Shown here in pieces: positions 36,588 to 39,215 of a stretch of DNA of 39,215 bases; the first letter of the stretch is position 1; the number at the start of each line of letters is the position of its first letter. The translations under genes and the position numbers were made by a program. The notes under the pieces were generated by a model. That model was given only the letters and a program-made list of their open reading frames with translations. It searched no databases and was not told the DNA's origin. This DNA is from Alphaproteobacteria bacterium (GTDB taxonomy: Bacteria; Pseudomonadota; Alphaproteobacteria; JBHICW01), in assembly GCA_046759785.1 (NCBI GenBank), contig JBHICW010000001.1:1-39215 (forward strand), in the 5' to 3' direction.

Positions 36588-37970
36588 CTAGCCGATGACG
36601 ATGAACAGGGCGCCGTCCTGGCGCTGCACGTTGAGGAGCAGGAACCTACCTGCGCGCTCCGCTGCGGCGGTCACGTCCGCAGGCATCTTCACCGGCTCGC
36701 GATCGACGGAGACGATCACGTCCCCGGGGCGCAGACCCGCCCGCCAGGCCCGGGTTCCGCGCTTCACCTCCACGACCAGCACGCCCTCTACCTCGCCGAA
36801 AAGCGGCGACTCCTCGCTCAGCGGACTGAGCTCAACCCCCTGAAGCCGCGGGTCGGCCGCGCCAGGCTCTGGCCGCGCCACGTCGCGAGCGCGCGCCCGC
36901 AGCTGGACGGTGAACGTCAGCGTCCGGCCCTCGCGCAAGACGGTGAGCGCGGCCTCGTCGCCCGCCCGCAAGAGACCGATCCTGTTCTTGAGATCCGCGG
37001 CACCGCGCACCGGCTGTCCGTTCACGGCGGTGATGATGTCGCCCGCCTCCACGCCGGCCTTGTCCGCCGGGGAGCCGGGGACCACCTGGGCCACCACCGC
37101 CCCCTCGCGTGCGTCCACCCTCATGGCGTCCGCGAGCTCGGGGGTAAGGTCCTGAATCTGGACGCCGAGCTGGCCCCGCCGCACCTCGCCGTAAGCGATG
37201 AGCTGGTCCATGATCCGCCGGGCCATGTTGATCGGGATGGCGAACCCGATTCCCACGTTGCCGCCTCCGGGCGCGATGATCGCGGTATTGATGCCGATGA
37301 GCTCCCCCTTGAGGTCCACGAGCGCGCCGCCCGAGTTGCCCGGGTTGATCGGGGCGTCGGTCTGGATGAAGTCCTCGTAGCCCTCGATCCCGAGCCCAGT
37401 GCGGCCGAGGGCGCTCACGATGCCTGAGGTCACCGTCTGGCCCAGGCCGAAGGGGTTGCCGATGGCGATCACGAAGTCGCCGACCTCGAGCGCGTCCGAA
37501 TCGCCGAGCGGCAGGGCCGTGAGGTTCTCAGGTTCGACCTTAAGCACGGCGAGGTCAGCCTCCGGATCGGAGCCGACGACCCGGGCCTTGAGCCGGCGCC
37601 GATCTCTCAGGAACACGACGATCTCGTCGGCGTTGGCGATGACGTGGTGGTTGGTCAGCAGGTAGCCGTTCTCCGCGTCCACGATCACCCCCGACCCCAC
37701 GCTTTGCGTCTCGCGCTCGGGCGGTTGCTCCGGCAGGTTGAAGAAGCGGCGGAAGAAGGGGTCGCGGAAGAGCGGGTTCAGCTCGAGCCGCACCCGCCCC
37801 CGGGTGGCGACATTGACCACGGCGGGCGCCACTTCTTTCAAGAGCGGCGCCAGGGTCGGCACGCCCGCCTCGCCGACCCACAGAGGAAGCGCCGCGTCCG
37901 TCGGCGGCGCCATCCCCACAACCACCAACACCAGAGTTGCGAGACCCATCGTCTTCAGGCGTCGCACCAT
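36588..37970 (-). CDS. degP: Periplasmic serine endoprotease DegP/DegQ/HtrA family (two PDZ domains)
   Basis: 460 aa with a signal peptide/TM. The catalytic triad contexts are LTNHHVI, DLAVLKV and GNSGGALV. Two PDZ-like segments are present (GAVVAQVVPGSPADKAGVEAGDIITAVNG and GVLVVEVKRGTRAWRAGLRPGDVIVSVD). GGGGAGAG SD. Confidence 0.94.
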   Translation of the reverse strand: MVRRLKTMGLATLVLVVVGMAPPTDAALPLWVGEAGVPTLAPLLKEVAPAVVNVATRGRVRLELNPLFRDPFFRRFFNLPEQPPERETQSVGSGVIVDAENGYLLTNHHVIANADEIVVFLRDRRRLKARVVGSDPEADLAVLKVEPENLTALPLGDSDALEVGDFVIAIGNPFGLGQTVTSGIVSALGRTGLGIEGYEDFIQTDAPINPGNSGGALVDLKGELIGINTAIIAPGGGNVGIGFAIPINMARRIMDQLIAYGEVRRGQLGVQIQDLTPELADAMRVDAREGAVVAQVVPGSPADKAGVEAGDIITAVNGQPVRGAADLKNRIGLLRAGDEAALTVLREGRTLTFTVQLRARARDVARPEPGAADPRLQGVELSPLSEESPLFGEVEGVLVVEVKRGTRAWRAGLRPGDVIVSVDREPVKMPADVTAAAERAGRFLLLNVQRQDGALFIVIG

Positions 37971-38131
37971 CGTAAACTCTCCCCATCATTCATCCGCCGG
38001 AGGCGGGCCGCGGCCCGACCGCCATTTTGCGGACTCGGGGGCGGTTGGCAAGCCCGCGGCGCGTCAGGGCCGGGTTGGACAAGCCTTAGGCCCGCCCCTA
38101 CACTGGCGCCGGCCTTCAACAGGGACGGCGA

Positions 38132-39215
38132 ATGCACCGCTGGCTCGAAGCCGCCGCCGTCTATCGCGACCGGCGGATCATCGCGATCTTCTTCATGGGG
38201 TTCTCGAGCGGGCTGCCGCTAGCGCTCACCGGCGCCACGCTGGGAATCTGGCTCCGCGAAGCCCATATCGACCTCGCCACGATCGGCTTCTTCGCGCTCG
38301 TCGGCATCGCGTATAACGTCAAGTTCCTGTGGGCGCCGGTGATGGACCGCGCGCCGGTGCCGGGGCTCACGCGCTGGCTCGGGCGGCGGCGCAGCTGGGC
38401 GCTCGTCACCCAGGCGGCGCTGATCGGCTCGCTGTTGGCGCTCGGCCACACCGAACCCGCAGCCGAACCGGTGGTGACCGCGCTGTGGGCGGTGATCGTC
38501 GCTTTCTGCTCGGCGAGCCAGGACATCGTCATCGACGCCTTCCGCATCGAGCTACTCGAGGACCACGAACAGGGGGTGGGCGCCGCCTCGACGCAGTACG
38601 GCTACCGCGCCGGCATGATCGTTTCAGGCGCCGGCGCGCTCTTCGCCGCGAGCTACGGCGGCTGGGCCTTCGCCTACACGGCGATGGCCGCCTGCGTGCT
38701 GGTCGGGGTGGCGACGGTGCTGCTCACGCCCGAGCCCCGGCGCGCCGTCGAGGCCGGCCAGGGGATGGGCCGTGAAGCCGTCCGTTTCGGGCGGGCGCTC
38801 AAGGAGGCCGTCGCCGACCCGTTCATCGATTTCATGCAGCGTAGCGGGTGGGTGCTGATTCTCCTCTTCATCGTGCTCTACAAGATGGGCGACGCGGTCG
38901 CCGGCGTGATGGCGGGGCCGTTCTACATCGATACCGGATTCACCAAGATTGAGATCGCCGAGGTGAGCAAAATTTACGGCGTCGGCGCCACGTACCTCGG
39001 CATCTTTGTGGGCAGCCTCATCGTCTACCGGCTCGGACTCATGAAGGCGCTGCTCATCTGCGGGGTGCTGCAGATGCTCTCCAACCTGATGTACGCCGCC
39101 CAGGCCGTGGTCGGCCACGACGTCGCGTTTCTGGTCGCCACCATCGGCATCGAGAACGTGACCGGCGGCATGGGCTCGGCGGCCTTCGTCGCCTACCTCT
39201 CGAGCCTGTGCAACG
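38132..39215 (+). CDS. ampG: AmpG-family muropeptide MFS permease (3' end beyond window)
   Basis: Absent from the ORF track because the frame runs off the right edge. My translation from ATG 38132 reads MHRWLEAAAVYRDRRIIAIFFMGFSSGLPLALTGATLGIWLREAHIDLATIGFFALVGIAYNVKFLWAPVMDR...LGRRRSWALVTQ...FCSASQDIVIDAFRIELL..., with no stop through 39215. This is the characteristic AmpG N-terminal half. Confidence 0.88.
   Translation, partial: MHRWLEAAAVYRDRRIIAIFFMGFSSGLPLALTGATLGIWLREAHIDLATIGFFALVGIAYNVKFLWAPVMDRAPVPGLTRWLGRRRSWALVTQAALIGSLLALGHTEPAAEPVVTALWAVIVAFCSASQDIVIDAFRIELLEDHEQGVGAASTQYGYRAGMIVSGAGALFAASYGGWAFAYTAMAACVLVGVATVLLTPEPRRAVEAGQGMGREAVRFGRALKEAVADPFIDFMQRSGWVLILLFIVLYKMGDAVAGVMAGPFYIDTGFTKIEIAEVSKIYGVGATYLGIFVGSLIVYRLGLMKALLICGVLQMLSNLMYAAQAVVGHDVAFLVATIGIENVTGGMGSAAFVAYLSSLCN

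Overview
This is a high-GC, alphaproteobacterium-like chromosomal window that looks like conserved core genome rather than an accessory island. (1) Positions 1-19346, minus strand, carry a complete dcw (division/cell-wall) cluster in canonical order: mraZ-rsmH-ftsL-ftsI-murE-murF-mraY-murD-ftsW-murG-murC-murB-ddl-ftsQ-ftsA-ftsZ. It is followed by lpxC, which is cut by the left edge. Most gene junctions are 4-nt ATGA/GTGA stop-start overlaps. (2) Positions 19434-19473 hold four exactly phased TGGGN repeats (MraZ-operator-like) lying over a candidate mraZ promoter. (3) Positions 19731-20136, minus strand, encode a type-A RNase P RNA (rnpB). Its sigma70-like promoter has a -35 that overlaps the stop codon of the upstream amidase gene. 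(4) Positions 20168-23576, minus strand, encode an AmpD/AmiD-type amidase, an ABC-F ATPase and a DjlA-like J-protein. (5) Positions 23783-25816, plus strand, encode a divergent EF-G paralogue lacking the catalytic His. (6) Positions 26006-31245 hold two convergent polar-amino-acid ABC importers, one of them without an ATPase. (7) Positions 31335-35772, minus strand, encode an SDR oxidoreductase and an E1alpha-E1beta-E2 2-oxoacid dehydrogenase operon without E3. (8) The right end carries an XRE-family regulator, a DegP/HtrA protease and the 5' part of ampG. All product calls rest on motifs recognised by eye in the supplied translations or in my own translations; no database search was possible. 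I found no CRISPR array, transposase/integrase, tRNA, toxin-antitoxin pair or recognisable defence gene. I see no convincing evidence for an undescribed multi-gene system here. The most interesting unexplained items are the operator-like repeat array, the degenerate EF-G paralogue and a few structured or non-coding stretches.
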